Assembly (NCBI GenBank): GCA_046086425.1
Contig: JBJSXO010000060.1
Coordinates: 1-44,295, forward strand
Source: Actinomycetota bacterium
Lineage (GTDB): Bacteria > Actinomycetota > Acidimicrobiia > IMCC26256 > PALSA-555
Reading direction: 5' to 3'
DNA length: 44,295 bases
The position numbers and the translations under genes are program-made. The notes below the pieces were generated by a model, which saw nothing but the letters and a program-made list of their open reading frames with translations, was not told the DNA's origin and did no database searches. This document shows, one piece after another, positions 7,477 to 16,063 of the stretch (position 1 is the first letter of the stretch; each line of letters starts with the position of its first letter).

Positions 7477-9513
7477 TCAGCCCCGGGCGAGACTCGACCT
7501 CTGTCGCGCGGTACCCGCGGCTTGGCGCGCGCGGCGCGCGGGCTCGTCGTCCAGCGCGACCCACGCGAGGTGCACCGACCGGTACACCGGATGCGCCACC
7601 GTGCGCGCCTCCGCGGTCGGAGACGAACCCGGCGCAGGCTCGGCGCCCACAAGGCGGCTCCGCAGCGCGACCAGTTCGACCGACACCACCGGCGCGGCGG
7701 CCCGGTCGTCGGGCCCCGGGCCGGCGAGCTCGCAGGCCAGGCAGTACGCCGCCGCTGCGTGCAGCGATTCGATCACCGCGTGGGCGGTCTCGGGATGGAG
7801 TCGGTGACGCCGGACCTCGAAGTCGGCAGCATGGAGGTCGGCCGTGGCCCGGACGCGCGCGGTGACCACCGCCGTGTGCTGATGCGTCCAGGAGTCGGGA
7901 TCGAGGTCGTCGCGCTGGAGTGCCAGCGCGGCGTACTCGGCCACGGCATCGGCGTAGCCGCCGAGCGACACGTCCACCGCGGCGCCCGAGCGGTTGGGCC
8001 AGACCGCAGCGGCGAGCAGCACGAGCGCACCGGCGATCGCCGTGGCCAGCAGGCGTGCCGACAAGGAGGACTCGATCTCCTCGCCGCCGAGCACCATCAG
8101 GAAGAACAGGAACGGGGTGATCCCCGAGATCGCCAGCGCATAGTTGGCTTGGAGGAACCCGACCGTGATCACCGCGCACACCCCCACGAGGGCCACCAGC
8201 GCCCACGAGCCCGGATCGAGGCCGAGCACGAGCGCGCCCGAGATCACGACGCCCACCGCGGTGCCGATGACCCGAGCCGTCACGCACACGAAGGTGTCGC
8301 CGACGGCTGGCTTGGCGATCCACGCAACGGTCATCGGAAGCCAGTACGTGTGCGGGAAGTCGAGGAGATGGGCCAGGACGATCGCTACGCCGAAGGTGAC
8401 TGCGAGCCGCAGCGCGTGGCGGGCGATGGGATCGTCGCGGTGCAGGTGCGCGCGCAGGGCGTGGCCGACGCCCGGTCCCGGCGGGGGTGGCGCCGTTGCC
8501 GCTCGCGGGCCACGTGCGCCGAGCGGCCAGGCGGCGAGGAGCGTCGCCGCCACGCCGTCGAGACCGTCGCGTACCTCGGTCGCGACCCGCAGGGTCTCCG
8601 GGGCGGCAACGGCGGCGAGTGCGTCGTAGGCGGCACCGAGCGCGGTGCGGGCCGGGACGAGGGTCCGTCGCCGCCACGGCCAGGTGATCGCGGCCGCGCT
8701 GGCACCCCAGCTGCGGCGGGCCGCTCGGAGGAAGGCGACCACCGCGTCCCGTTCGGTGTCGGACCCCGACCCGCCGGTGGCCACCCGGGGCGCGAGACCG
8801 AGCATCCCCAGGCGGGCCCGGTGCGCGTCGGCCCCCAGACCGCCCAACCACTCACGTACCGCAGGCGTGAGTGATTCGGCGGCAACCATCTCGACGAACT
8901 CACGATCCCGCGTGGAGTACACGGCCGCGTCGGCCGACTGAGGGTCGAGGATGTCCGCGTGCGCGAGGCCCCGCGCGAGGCGGGCGAACGCGCCGCGTGA
9001 GCCGCGCGCGCGTCTCAGCAGGGCGGGCAGCATGATCACGACCCCGCCGAAGGTCACCCCGGCCATGAACACCAACGGGTCCCGCCACGTCACGTCCATC
9101 GCCACCGGGGTGCCCGAGAAGATCGAGAACAAGACGAGGCTGAGCATCCCCACCACTGCACCGGTACGGCCGGTGGCCCCGGCGTACCCCGCGACCAGGG
9201 CGACGACGACGCCGACGACGAGCAGCGCGGCGAAGCTCTCGGAGACGAGCCCACCCACGAGTGCGGCGAGGCCACCCCACACCGCGAGCGACGCCATCGT
9301 CCGCACGCGACGGGCCTCGGTGGCGGGGGGATCGACGATGCACACCAGCAGGACGCCGATCACCCCGTCGAGCAACTGCGGGACGAGATCGTCGGTCACG
9401 GCCCAGGTGAGCACCAAGGCGCACAGCACCGCTGCCCGCAACGCTGCGACCACCGGCACGGCCGACCAGTCGACGTCGATCACGGCGCGAGCCAAGCGGC
9501 GGAGGAATCCCAC
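7477..9513 (-). CDS. FUSC-family (fusaric-acid-resistance / aromatic-acid exporter-like) integral membrane protein (678 aa)
   Basis: Two blocks of multiple hydrophobic helices are separated and followed by soluble Ala/Arg-rich regions. The ARHALRLAVTFGVAIVLAHLLDFPHTYWLPMTVAWIAKP block is typical of FUSC. Confidence 0.7.
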   Translation of the reverse strand: MGFLRRLARAVIDVDWSAVPVVAALRAAVLCALVLTWAVTDDLVPQLLDGVIGVLLVCIVDPPATEARRVRTMASLAVWGGLAALVGGLVSESFAALLVVGVVVALVAGYAGATGRTGAVVGMLSLVLFSIFSGTPVAMDVTWRDPLVFMAGVTFGGVVIMLPALLRRARGSRGAFARLARGLAHADILDPQSADAAVYSTRDREFVEMVAAESLTPAVREWLGGLGADAHRARLGMLGLAPRVATGGSGSDTERDAVVAFLRAARRSWGASAAAITWPWRRRTLVPARTALGAAYDALAAVAAPETLRVATEVRDGLDGVAATLLAAWPLGARGPRAATAPPPPGPGVGHALRAHLHRDDPIARHALRLAVTFGVAIVLAHLLDFPHTYWLPMTVAWIAKPAVGDTFVCVTARVIGTAVGVVISGALVLGLDPGSWALVALVGVCAVITVGFLQANYALAISGITPFLFFLMVLGGEEIESSLSARLLATAIAGALVLLAAAVWPNRSGAAVDVSLGGYADAVAEYAALALQRDDLDPDSWTHQHTAVVTARVRATADLHAADFEVRRHRLHPETAHAVIESLHAAAAYCLACELAGPGPDDRAAAPVVSVELVALRSRLVGAEPAPGSSPTAEARTVAHPVYRSVHLAWVALDDEPARRARQAAGTARQRSSLARG

Positions 9514-9629
9514 GGCGGGACGCTAGCAACTCGGATGTCGAGGCGGTCTACCTGCGGATCACGGCCAGTCGTAGGTTCGGTGAGTCCCGCCCGGCTCGAC
9601 GCAAGTGCTGCGCGCGCCGCACCACCCTT

Positions 9630-9657
9630 GCGGGGCGAGGAGGACCTCCCTCCCCGC
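9630..9657 (-). terminator. Imperfect GC hairpin at the 3' end of the 9657..10232 gene
   Basis: GCGGGGcGAGGaggaCCTCcCTCCCCGC overlaps the stop codon. There is no U-tract, which is common in actinobacteria. Confidence 0.3.
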
Positions 9658-10232
9658 TACCCCTTTGCGCCCGGGAGGCGCGCCACCGCCTTTCTCGCGA
9701 GCTCCAGCACCGCCGCCCGGTCGGGCACCGGTGCCGGGACGCCACCGGCGGTCGGGGTGTACCCCGATTCGATCGTCATCAGGGCTTTGCCCTTCACGAT
9801 GTCGATGACGATCTCGTTCCCACCAAGGGCGTTGTTGGTACTCAGGCCGGCAAGGGTGCCGAGCCCCTTGGCCTCCGCACCCGAGAGCAGTCCGTACCCC
9901 CCACCGCTCTTGATGCGGACGATCTCGCGCTTGGACTTGGGCGCCTTGAGCTCCACGCCGACGAAGACGCGTGCCTGGGCCAGGGTGAGGGTCCCGACCT
10001 GGCCCCAGGTGCACGACGAGTAGGTGCTCCCGATCCGTGCTGCGGTTGCGGCGTCGCCGGGTGTCGGTCCCATCGGGACGGGAAGCGCCGGAAGCGCGGC
10101 CGTGATCTCCTCGAGGGTCAACAGATCACACGCGGTGACCGGCTTGGGCTTCGGCTTCGCCGCCGCCGCCGACGTCGCCACCGGCCCGACGACGGCGAAG
10201 ACGACGGCGAGCGCAACCCAGAACCGAGCCAT
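9657..10232 (-). CDS. Secreted protein of unknown function (191 aa), possibly DUF3558-like
   Basis: The ATG at 10232 gives the signal peptide MARFWVALAVVFAVVGPVATSAAAA, then a KPKPKP linker, then ACDLLTLEEITAAL. The rest of the listed 9657..10541 ORF is upstream shadow. Confidence 0.65.
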   Translation of the reverse strand: MARFWVALAVVFAVVGPVATSAAAAKPKPKPVTACDLLTLEEITAALPALPVPMGPTPGDAATAARIGSTYSSCTWGQVGTLTLAQARVFVGVELKAPKSKREIVRIKSGGGYGLLSGAEAKGLGTLAGLSTNNALGGNEIVIDIVKGKALMTIESGYTPTAGGVPAPVPDRAAVLELARKAVARLPGAKG

Positions 10233-10287
10233 ACCTGCTGCAGAAGACACGAGTTCATCATACCTGCTGCAGAAGACATGAGATGCA
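10230..10287. repeat. Tandem duplication of a 29-bp unit (two copies) overlapping the start codon of the 9657..10232 gene
   Basis: CATACCTGCTGCAGAAGACA occurs at 10230-10249 and again at 10259-10278. The units stay similar for a few more bases. The segment is locally AT-richer than its surroundings. Confidence 0.75.
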
Positions 10288-10425
10288 TAACGGGAGGCTG
10301 GGACAAGCCGCCGTCGACGACTGTCGGTGATACCGATAGCCCGCAGGCAATGACGGACGACACGCCTCCGATCGCCGCCGCGGGCGGCGAGCAGCCCGTG
10401 GGTCGGGCGGCACCGGTCGGTACGC

Positions 10426-11538
10426 TCACGGCGTGGGGTTTCGGGCCCGGGCGGCCGCGGCGACCGTCGACGTCTGCGCCGGACCGGCGGCGACTCCGGT
10501 CGGCCGGTGAGTCCCACCGATCGGACCGCGCGACCGCGCACCTTCTGGATCGTGTGGCTGCAGGTCGTCCTGGTGGTCGTCTTCGCCTACGCGTTGTTCC
10601 TCGTGTTCGCAGGTTCGGCCGCCGAGTCGCTGTTCCACGCCTTCGGCTTCGGACCGCCGAGGGCGGTACGCAGCCCCGAGACCCGCGACTACCTCCGTCT
10701 GCCCTTCATGGTTCTCGGTGCCGTGCTCGCCGGGTGGTCGCTCCTGATGCTCCAGATCGTGCGGGGACCCCTCCGCGATGGCGAACCCTGGGCCTGGCCG
10801 TTCCTCGCGCGGTCGCTGGCGGCCTGGTTCGTCCTCGACACCGGGATGTCCCTCGTGCTGGGCTTCCCGGCCCACGCGCTCTTCAACGTGCCCTTCGGTG
10901 TCGCGTTGACGGTCCCCCTCACCGGGCTGCGAACCATCCGCAACCGTTGAACCCTGCGCGCCGGTGGTCGTGAATCCCGACTGCCGGGCCACGGCCCGGA
11001 TGAAGCGACGACGCTCGGCGACCGGCCCGAGCTTGCGCTCGAGGGGTCCGTCGATGAGGAGGGTGGCGAGGCCGTGTGCGAGGGACCACATGGCCGCAGC
11101 CCGGGCACGGATGTCGGCGATCGACGCGTCGGGGCCGAGCGCGGTGCGGACGAAGTCGACGAGCGTGTCGAACGCGCGGTCGCCCGAGCTGGGCGCCCCG
11201 GCATCGTCCTGTGGGCAGAGGTCGGGCCGGAACATCACACGGAAGTGGCCCCGATGGTCCAGCGCGAAGAAGACGTACGCCTCGAGCAGGGCGGTCGCGG
11301 GATCGTCGGTGGCACTGTCGGTCAGGGCCTGACGCATGGCGTCGAGGAGCATGGCGAAGCCCTCGTCGTGGATGGCCTTGAAGATGCCCGAGCGGTCGGT
11401 GAAGTGGTGGTACGGCGCCTGGTGGCTCACGCCGGCGGCCTGGGCGAGCTGGCGCAACGACAGCCCGTCGGGTCCGTGCTCGGTGATGTAGGCGACGGCC
11501 GAGCCCAGGATGGTCGTGCGCAGATCCGACGGAGCCAC
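10426..11538 (-). CDS. TetR/AcrR-family regulator; recognisable domain about 10965..11538, but the ORF has no stop until 10426
   Basis: HTH region ILGSAVAYITEHGPDGLSLRQLAQAAGVSHQAPYHHFTDRSGIF, followed by a helical ligand domain ending about ...RRFIRAVARQSGF. The remaining 180 or so codons are Gly/Glu/His/Arg-rich and antisense to 10507..10950. Confidence 0.7.
   Translation of the reverse strand: MAPSDLRTTILGSAVAYITEHGPDGLSLRQLAQAAGVSHQAPYHHFTDRSGIFKAIHDEGFAMLLDAMRQALTDSATDDPATALLEAYVFFALDHRGHFRVMFRPDLCPQDDAGAPSSGDRAFDTLVDFVRTALGPDASIADIRARAAAMWSLAHGLATLLIDGPLERKLGPVAERRRFIRAVARQSGFTTTGAQGSTVADGSQPGEGDRQRDTEGHVEERVGREAQHEGHPGVEDEPGRQRPREERPGPGFAIAEGSPHDLEHQERPPGEHGTENHEGQTEVVAGLGAAYRPRRSEAEGVEQRLGGRTCEHEEQRVGEDDHQDDLQPHDPEGARSRGPIGGTHRPTGVAAGPAQTSTVAAAARARNPTP
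10507..10950 (+). CDS. Small integral membrane protein (147 aa, about 4 TM)
   Basis: FWIVWLQVVLVVVFAYALFLVFAG, LPFMVLGAVLAGWSLLMLQIV, LAAWFVLDTGMSLVLGF and FNVPFGVALTVPLTGL are hydrophobic segments. Almost every third codon position in this frame is G/C. Confidence 0.65.
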   Translation: MSPTDRTARPRTFWIVWLQVVLVVVFAYALFLVFAGSAAESLFHAFGFGPPRAVRSPETRDYLRLPFMVLGAVLAGWSLLMLQIVRGPLRDGEPWAWPFLARSLAAWFVLDTGMSLVLGFPAHALFNVPFGVALTVPLTGLRTIRNR

Positions 11539-11570
11539 GCCCCGAGCCTAGGGCACCGGGGCTGCCCAGG

Positions 11571-11609
11571 TTGACAGCGTCTAGTCCGCTCACTACACAG
11601 TGTCATGTG
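11571..11609 (+). promoter_or_regulatory. Candidate promoter/operator of the MFS gene in the TetR-MFS divergent gap
   Basis: TTGACA (11571-11576), a 17-nt spacer, then TACACA (11594-11599), with the in-frame GTG at 11607 7 nt downstream, so the transcript may be leaderless. The small inverted repeat CACTacacAGTG (11591-11602) overlaps this. The -10 lacks the terminal T. Confidence 0.25.
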
Positions 11610-13208
11610 ACCGCCGCCGCCATCCCCGTGTCTCCCGCCGCGCTCGGGCATCCCCGCCGCTGGGTGATCCTGCCGGTCCTGTGCCTGAGCCTGTTCCTGG
11701 TCGTGATGGACAACACCATCGTGAACGTGGCCCTGCCGACGCTCAGCCGGGAGCTCTCCGCGTCCACGAGCCAGCTCCAATGGATCGTCGACGCGTACAG
11801 CCTGGTCTTCGCCGGACTGCTGCTCGCGTTCGGGTCGTTCGGCGACCGGTACGGCCGCAAGGGCGCGCTGCAAATCGGCCTCGTGCTGTTCGCGGCGACG
11901 TCGGTCGCCGCGGCATTGACCACGACGGCGTCGCAGCTGATCGTCGCCCGCGCCGCGATGGGCGTGGGCGCCGCGCTGGTGTTCCCGGCGACGCTGGCGA
12001 TCCTCACCAATGTCTTCACCGACCCGGTCGAGCGGGCCAAGGCCATCGGGGTGTGGTCCGCGGTGTCGGGCCTCGCCGTCGCGCTCGGACCGCTCACCGG
12101 CGGGTGGCTGCTCGAGCACTTCGCGTGGGGCTCGATCTTCCTCGTCAACGTGCCCGTGGTGATCGTGGCCCTCGCGGCCGGCCATCAACTCATCCCCAAG
12201 ACCCGCGACCCCGACGCCGGTCGCCTCGACCCGAACGGATTGGTGCTCTCGATCGCCGCGATCGTGGTGCTCGTCTACACCGTGATCGAGGCCCCCAAGC
12301 ACGGCTGGAGTGATCCACTGACGATCGGGGGGTTCGTCGTGGCCGGGATCCTCTTCACGGTGTTCGTGGCGTGGGAGCTACGCCGTGACCACCCGATGCT
12401 CGACGTGCGGGTGTTCCGCAACGCCCGGTTCTCCGCGGCGAGCGGTGCGGTGGCCTGCGCGTTCTTTGCGTTGTTCGGGTTCATCTTCTTGATGACCCAG
12501 TACTTCCAAGTGGTGCGCGGGTACTCGACGCTCTCGGCCGGCCTGCACACACTGCCCTTCGCCGTGGCTTCGGCGATCGCCGCACCCCTCGCCGCGCGCC
12601 TCGCCCTGCGGATCGGCACCAAGCTCGTGGTGGCCGGTGGGCTCACGCTGATGACCGCAGGCTTCGTATGGCTGCACACCCTGGAGGCCGACACCTCGTA
12701 CTGGGGAGCCGTCGCGATCCAGGCTGCCATGATCGGAGCCGGCCTGACCCTCACCCTCGCCCCGTCCACCGAGGCGATCCTCGGCTCGCTGCCCCGGGAG
12801 AAGGCAGGCGTAGGTTCGGCGGTCAACGACACCACCCGGGAGCTCGGCGGCACCATCGGCGTCGCCGTCGTCGGCTCGGTGTTCGCCTCGCTCTACGGGC
12901 CCGAGATCGTCCGCCGCCTCCGCGGCCTCCCGATCCCGCCTCAGGCGGTCGCCGCCGCCCAGGAGTCGGTCGTCGCCGCCGCCGAGGTTGCCCGCCGCGC
13001 CCCCGCCGAGGGACGGGCCGTCGTGCTGCAGGCCGCCAGCGACTCGTTCATGCGCGGGTTCTCGACCGGTGTGCTGGTGTGCGCCGGGGTCACCGCCGCC
13101 GCCGCAATCGCTGCGCTGGCGTTCCTGCCCGCGCGCGCGGTGAGCCCCGATCATCCCGACGTCCCCGCCGACCTCGCTGCGCTCGCCACCGACACCCACT
13201 CCCGGTGA
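11607..13208 (+). CDS. MFS transporter, DHA2 (EmrB/QacA-like, 14-TMS) drug:H+ antiporter family
   Basis: LFLVVMDNTIVNVALPTLSRELSAS..LQWIVDAYSLVFAGLLLAFGSFGDRYGRKG is the DHA2 signature region. The gene is divergent from a TetR. An alternative TTG start lies at 11571. Confidence 0.8.
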   Translation: MTAAAIPVSPAALGHPRRWVILPVLCLSLFLVVMDNTIVNVALPTLSRELSASTSQLQWIVDAYSLVFAGLLLAFGSFGDRYGRKGALQIGLVLFAATSVAAALTTTASQLIVARAAMGVGAALVFPATLAILTNVFTDPVERAKAIGVWSAVSGLAVALGPLTGGWLLEHFAWGSIFLVNVPVVIVALAAGHQLIPKTRDPDAGRLDPNGLVLSIAAIVVLVYTVIEAPKHGWSDPLTIGGFVVAGILFTVFVAWELRRDHPMLDVRVFRNARFSAASGAVACAFFALFGFIFLMTQYFQVVRGYSTLSAGLHTLPFAVASAIAAPLAARLALRIGTKLVVAGGLTLMTAGFVWLHTLEADTSYWGAVAIQAAMIGAGLTLTLAPSTEAILGSLPREKAGVGSAVNDTTRELGGTIGVAVVGSVFASLYGPEIVRRLRGLPIPPQAVAAAQESVVAAAEVARRAPAEGRAVVLQAASDSFMRGFSTGVLVCAGVTAAAAIAALAFLPARAVSPDHPDVPADLAALATDTHSR

Positions 13209-13265
13209 CTCCCCGATGACTGCGACCCCGGGCCTCCCGCCGCCCCGTTCCGTACTTTCGCTTCG

Positions 13266-14063
13266 ATGGACGCCGTGACCCGAACCATCGCAGGGGTTGG
13301 CGTCCACACCTGCGGCACCCATGACGCCGGACCCGCGCTGGTCCTCCTGCACGGCAACGGGGGCGACCACCGGGACTTCGCGGCCGTCGTCGAGCGCCTG
13401 GCCGTGCGCCACACGGTGCACGGCATCGACTGGCCCGGCTGGGGCGACAGCGCCACCGACCGCGATCCGACCGCGCTCGACTACGCCGCGCTGCTTCCCC
13501 GGGTGCTTCGCGGCCTCGACGGTGGACCGTTCGTACTGGTCGGCAACTCCGTCGGTGGCTTCGCGGCGATCCGCACCGCGGCGACCGACCCCGAGCTCGT
13601 GCGCGCCCTCGTCCTCATCGATCCCGGCGGCTTCACCCCCCGGTGGCCGGGGACGATCGTCGCGTGCCGGGTCATCGGCTCACGACGTCTGGCCCGGACC
13701 ATGATGCGCTCCCTCCCCCGGCTCTACCTACGGCGGACCAACCCGTTCGTCGCCGCGTTGCGGGCCCATGCCCTCGAGCTGTCGAACGACCTGGGCCGGG
13801 TCCGCACGTTCGCCTCCCTCTGGAGGTCGTTCGCCCTCCCCGACCACGACGCCCGCCACGACGCCCGGGGCATCACCGCACCGACGCTGGTCTTGTGGGG
13901 CCGGCGCGATCCCGTGCTGCCCTGGCTCGTCGACGGTCGTCGCGCCCGACGCGCCTTCGCGGACGCGCGGGTCGTCACGTTCCCGTGTGGCCACCAGGCC
14001 TTCGCCGAGATGCCCGACGAGTTCCTCGAAGCCCTCGAGCCGTTCCTCGCCGCGCTCGGATGA
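13266..14063 (+). CDS. Alpha/beta-fold hydrolase (265 aa)
   Basis: LVLLHGNGGD oxyanion region, GNSVGG nucleophile elbow (Ser), and C-terminal FPCGHQAF His motif. Confidence 0.75.
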   Translation: MDAVTRTIAGVGVHTCGTHDAGPALVLLHGNGGDHRDFAAVVERLAVRHTVHGIDWPGWGDSATDRDPTALDYAALLPRVLRGLDGGPFVLVGNSVGGFAAIRTAATDPELVRALVLIDPGGFTPRWPGTIVACRVIGSRRLARTMMRSLPRLYLRRTNPFVAALRAHALELSNDLGRVRTFASLWRSFALPDHDARHDARGITAPTLVLWGRRDPVLPWLVDGRRARRAFADARVVTFPCGHQAFAEMPDEFLEALEPFLAALG

Positions 14064-14145
14064 ACGCAACCCGAGCACCGGCGTGAACCGCGCACAACGG
14101 TGTCCACCCGTGTCTCCATGGGCCCGGTCCCCATAGGCTGTCGTG

Positions 14146-14541
14146 ATGACCGATGCGAACGAGACCCGACGGGTGCTGCGCGAGTACGCCGCGGCCTGGC
14201 TGGCATCCGACCTCGACGCAGTGCTGGGTTCCTACCACGACGACATCATCCTCCACTACGCCGGTGAGAGCCCCTTGGCCGGCACGCACGTCGGCAAGGA
14301 GGCCGCGTTCGCTGCGCTCGGCGAAGCATCACTGCGCTCGTCACGCACGCTCGTCGCCGTGGAGGACGTGCTGGTGGGCGACTCACTCGGCGCGCTCATC
14401 GCCGTGGAGGACCTCGGCGATCCGCCCCGTCGGGTGCGGCGCGTGCTCCTGTACCGGGTGCAGGACGGCAAGTTGGCCGAGTGCTGGCTGTTCGACGAGG
14501 ACCAGCGCTTCGTCGACCAGCTGTGGTCCCGGGAGGCCTGA
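14146..14541 (+). CDS. NTF2-like / SnoaL-like protein (131 aa)
   Basis: RRVLREYAAAWLASDLDAVLGSYHDDIILHYAG...VLLYRVQDGKLAECWLFDED is a SnoaL-like pattern. GTG 14143 and ATG 14146 are adjacent possible starts. Confidence 0.65.
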   Translation: MTDANETRRVLREYAAAWLASDLDAVLGSYHDDIILHYAGESPLAGTHVGKEAAFAALGEASLRSSRTLVAVEDVLVGDSLGALIAVEDLGDPPRRVRRVLLYRVQDGKLAECWLFDEDQRFVDQLWSREA

Positions 14542-14599
14542 GCAGCCCTGCGCCGAGTCCCGACCCCGGGACGCGCCTGAACTGGGCAATAATGAGGGC

Positions 14600-14914
14600 A
14601 TGTCCGGCACTCCGAACGATTCCGGCGCCCACCGCCGACTCGGTCCCACCACCCGGATGGGGCAGGTGGCACTCGGGTGCATCGGGCTCTTCGTGGTCGC
14701 GCTCGTCGTCGTGGCGGTCGCCGCCTCGGGCCCAGACCCGTCGTGGATCCGTGCCGTGACCGTGATCGAGGTCGCGGCTGCTGCGGGCGCGCTCACAACC
14801 GGTGTGCTCGCGATCGCGCGCCACGGCGAACGAGCCGTCAGTGTGATCATCGCAACCACGGTAGGTGCGATCGTGGTGGTATTCGCGCTCGTCGACCTCG
14901 CCTTCCTCGCCTGA
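14600..14914 (+). CDS. Small membrane protein (104 aa, 3 TM)
   Basis: The ATG at 14600 is preceded by GAGGG. VALGCIGLFVVALVVVAVAA, VIEVAAAAGALTTGVLAIA and VSVIIATTVGAIVVVFALVDLAFL are hydrophobic segments. The earlier part of ORF 14153..14914 is shadow. Confidence 0.55.
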   Translation: MSGTPNDSGAHRRLGPTTRMGQVALGCIGLFVVALVVVAVAASGPDPSWIRAVTVIEVAAAAGALTTGVLAIARHGERAVSVIIATTVGAIVVVFALVDLAFLA

Positions 14915-15048
14915 GGCCGACGGCACGCCGGAGAGCACCGGGGGCCGGAGACGGCATGCCCGGTGCCGCAATCCGTGCGCGCGCTGCCGGCCGCCGATAG
15001 CGTCCACTCCGCAGCCCGACCCGGCCCTGCGCACCCCGAGGAGGGGCA

Positions 15049-15477
15049 ATGACCACACCGGAGTCCACGCCGAAGACCACACCGCGCCCCGCGGGGATCA
15101 CCCTCATCGCGGTGCTCGCCTCCATCGGGTTCCTGGCCCAGATCCTCGTCTCGATCGCCAGCCTGCGCGACGCCGACCGGCTGAGTCAGGAGTTCGGGTG
15201 GGGTCTCACCGAGCACCAGATCGTCGCGCGGGGCGTCGCGGGCATCGTCGTCGGCGTCATCGGCCTGCTGCTGACCGCCGCGTTCGCCCGTGGGAGCAGG
15301 GTCGTGCGCATCCTGTTCACCGTCCTGGTGGTCTTCCAGGTCGCGGGCGGAGTGCTCACCATGCGGCAGTACGACGGCATCCGTCCGGGAGCCGGCGTGA
15401 TGTCGCTCGTGTTCGGTGTGGTAGTCCTGTACCTGCTGTTCAACTCGCGCGCCGACGACTACTTCGCCAAGGACTGA
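15049..15477 (+). CDS. Membrane protein of unknown function (142 aa, 4 TM)
   Basis: GAGGAGGGG lies upstream of the ATG. Four hydrophobic segments are present (ITLIAVLASIGFLAQILVSIA etc.). Confidence 0.6.
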   Translation: MTTPESTPKTTPRPAGITLIAVLASIGFLAQILVSIASLRDADRLSQEFGWGLTEHQIVARGVAGIVVGVIGLLLTAAFARGSRVVRILFTVLVVFQVAGGVLTMRQYDGIRPGAGVMSLVFGVVVLYLLFNSRADDYFAKD

Positions 15478-15565
15478 CTCGGGCAGGCCCACCGCCGGCG
15501 AGCACAGCACACGACGACCACGCCTGCCGGCTCAGCCTCGCTCTCGCGCGTGTGACGCCGGGGAG

Positions 15566-16006
15566 TCAGCCCGTTGCGAGCAGGCGCTCGAGCTGGTCGA
15601 ACACGCTGGTGAACCCAGCGGTCGCGGCGTCGTGGAACTGCAGCGGGATCCCGCGCTGCTCGACGTCGATCCGCGTGCCGCCGTCGACGGCGGTGAACGA
15701 CATCACCGAGGAGAACCCCTCGCCGTCGGCGGGCTCCCCGAAGCGGAAGTGCTCCTTCTCCTGGAACTCGACGAACGTCCCTGCGTTGGGCTGCGGCACG
15801 CCATCGACGACCATCGTGCACTCGAACCGGCCACCCACGAACGGCTCGATGACCACCGAGTCGCGCGGGATCTCGACCCCCTCGGGCGCCCAGAACTGCA
15901 CGAACTGGTCGGGATCCATGTACGCCGCCCAGACCCGCTCGATCGGCGCAGCCACCACGCGGCTGATGGAGAGGGTGCCCGTCGGGCCCGAGTTCTCGAA
16001 GTCCAT
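15566..16006 (-). CDS. SRPBCC-superfamily protein, AHSA1/START-like (146 aa)
   Basis: ISRVVAAPIERVWAAYMDPDQFVQFWAP...GGRFECTM...GTFVEFQ is the typical AHSA1-like N-terminus. Confidence 0.7.
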   Translation of the reverse strand: MDFENSGPTGTLSISRVVAAPIERVWAAYMDPDQFVQFWAPEGVEIPRDSVVIEPFVGGRFECTMVVDGVPQPNAGTFVEFQEKEHFRFGEPADGEGFSSVMSFTAVDGGTRIDVEQRGIPLQFHDAATAGFTSVFDQLERLLATG

Positions 16007-16063
16007 GATGTCTGACGGTAGCGGCGGGAGCTCGTGCCCGGCGGGCCGATGGCATCCGGTGGC

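Noticed and set aside
11580-11597. The octamer TCACTACA (the right half of the 22083-22098 TetR dyad) also occurs in the other TetR/MFS divergent gap, suggesting a shared operator
   Set aside because: The matching left half is poor (TCTAGTCC with a 2-nt extra spacer, versus TGTAGTGA), and the two TetR recognition helices are dissimilar. Treated as probable coincidence; a genome-wide motif count would settle it.
14943-14972. Hairpin CACCGGG-N16-CCCGGTG after the 14600..14914 gene, considered as a terminator
   Set aside because: The loop is long, there is no U-tract, and GC-rich DNA produces many such stems by chance. Not reported as a feature.
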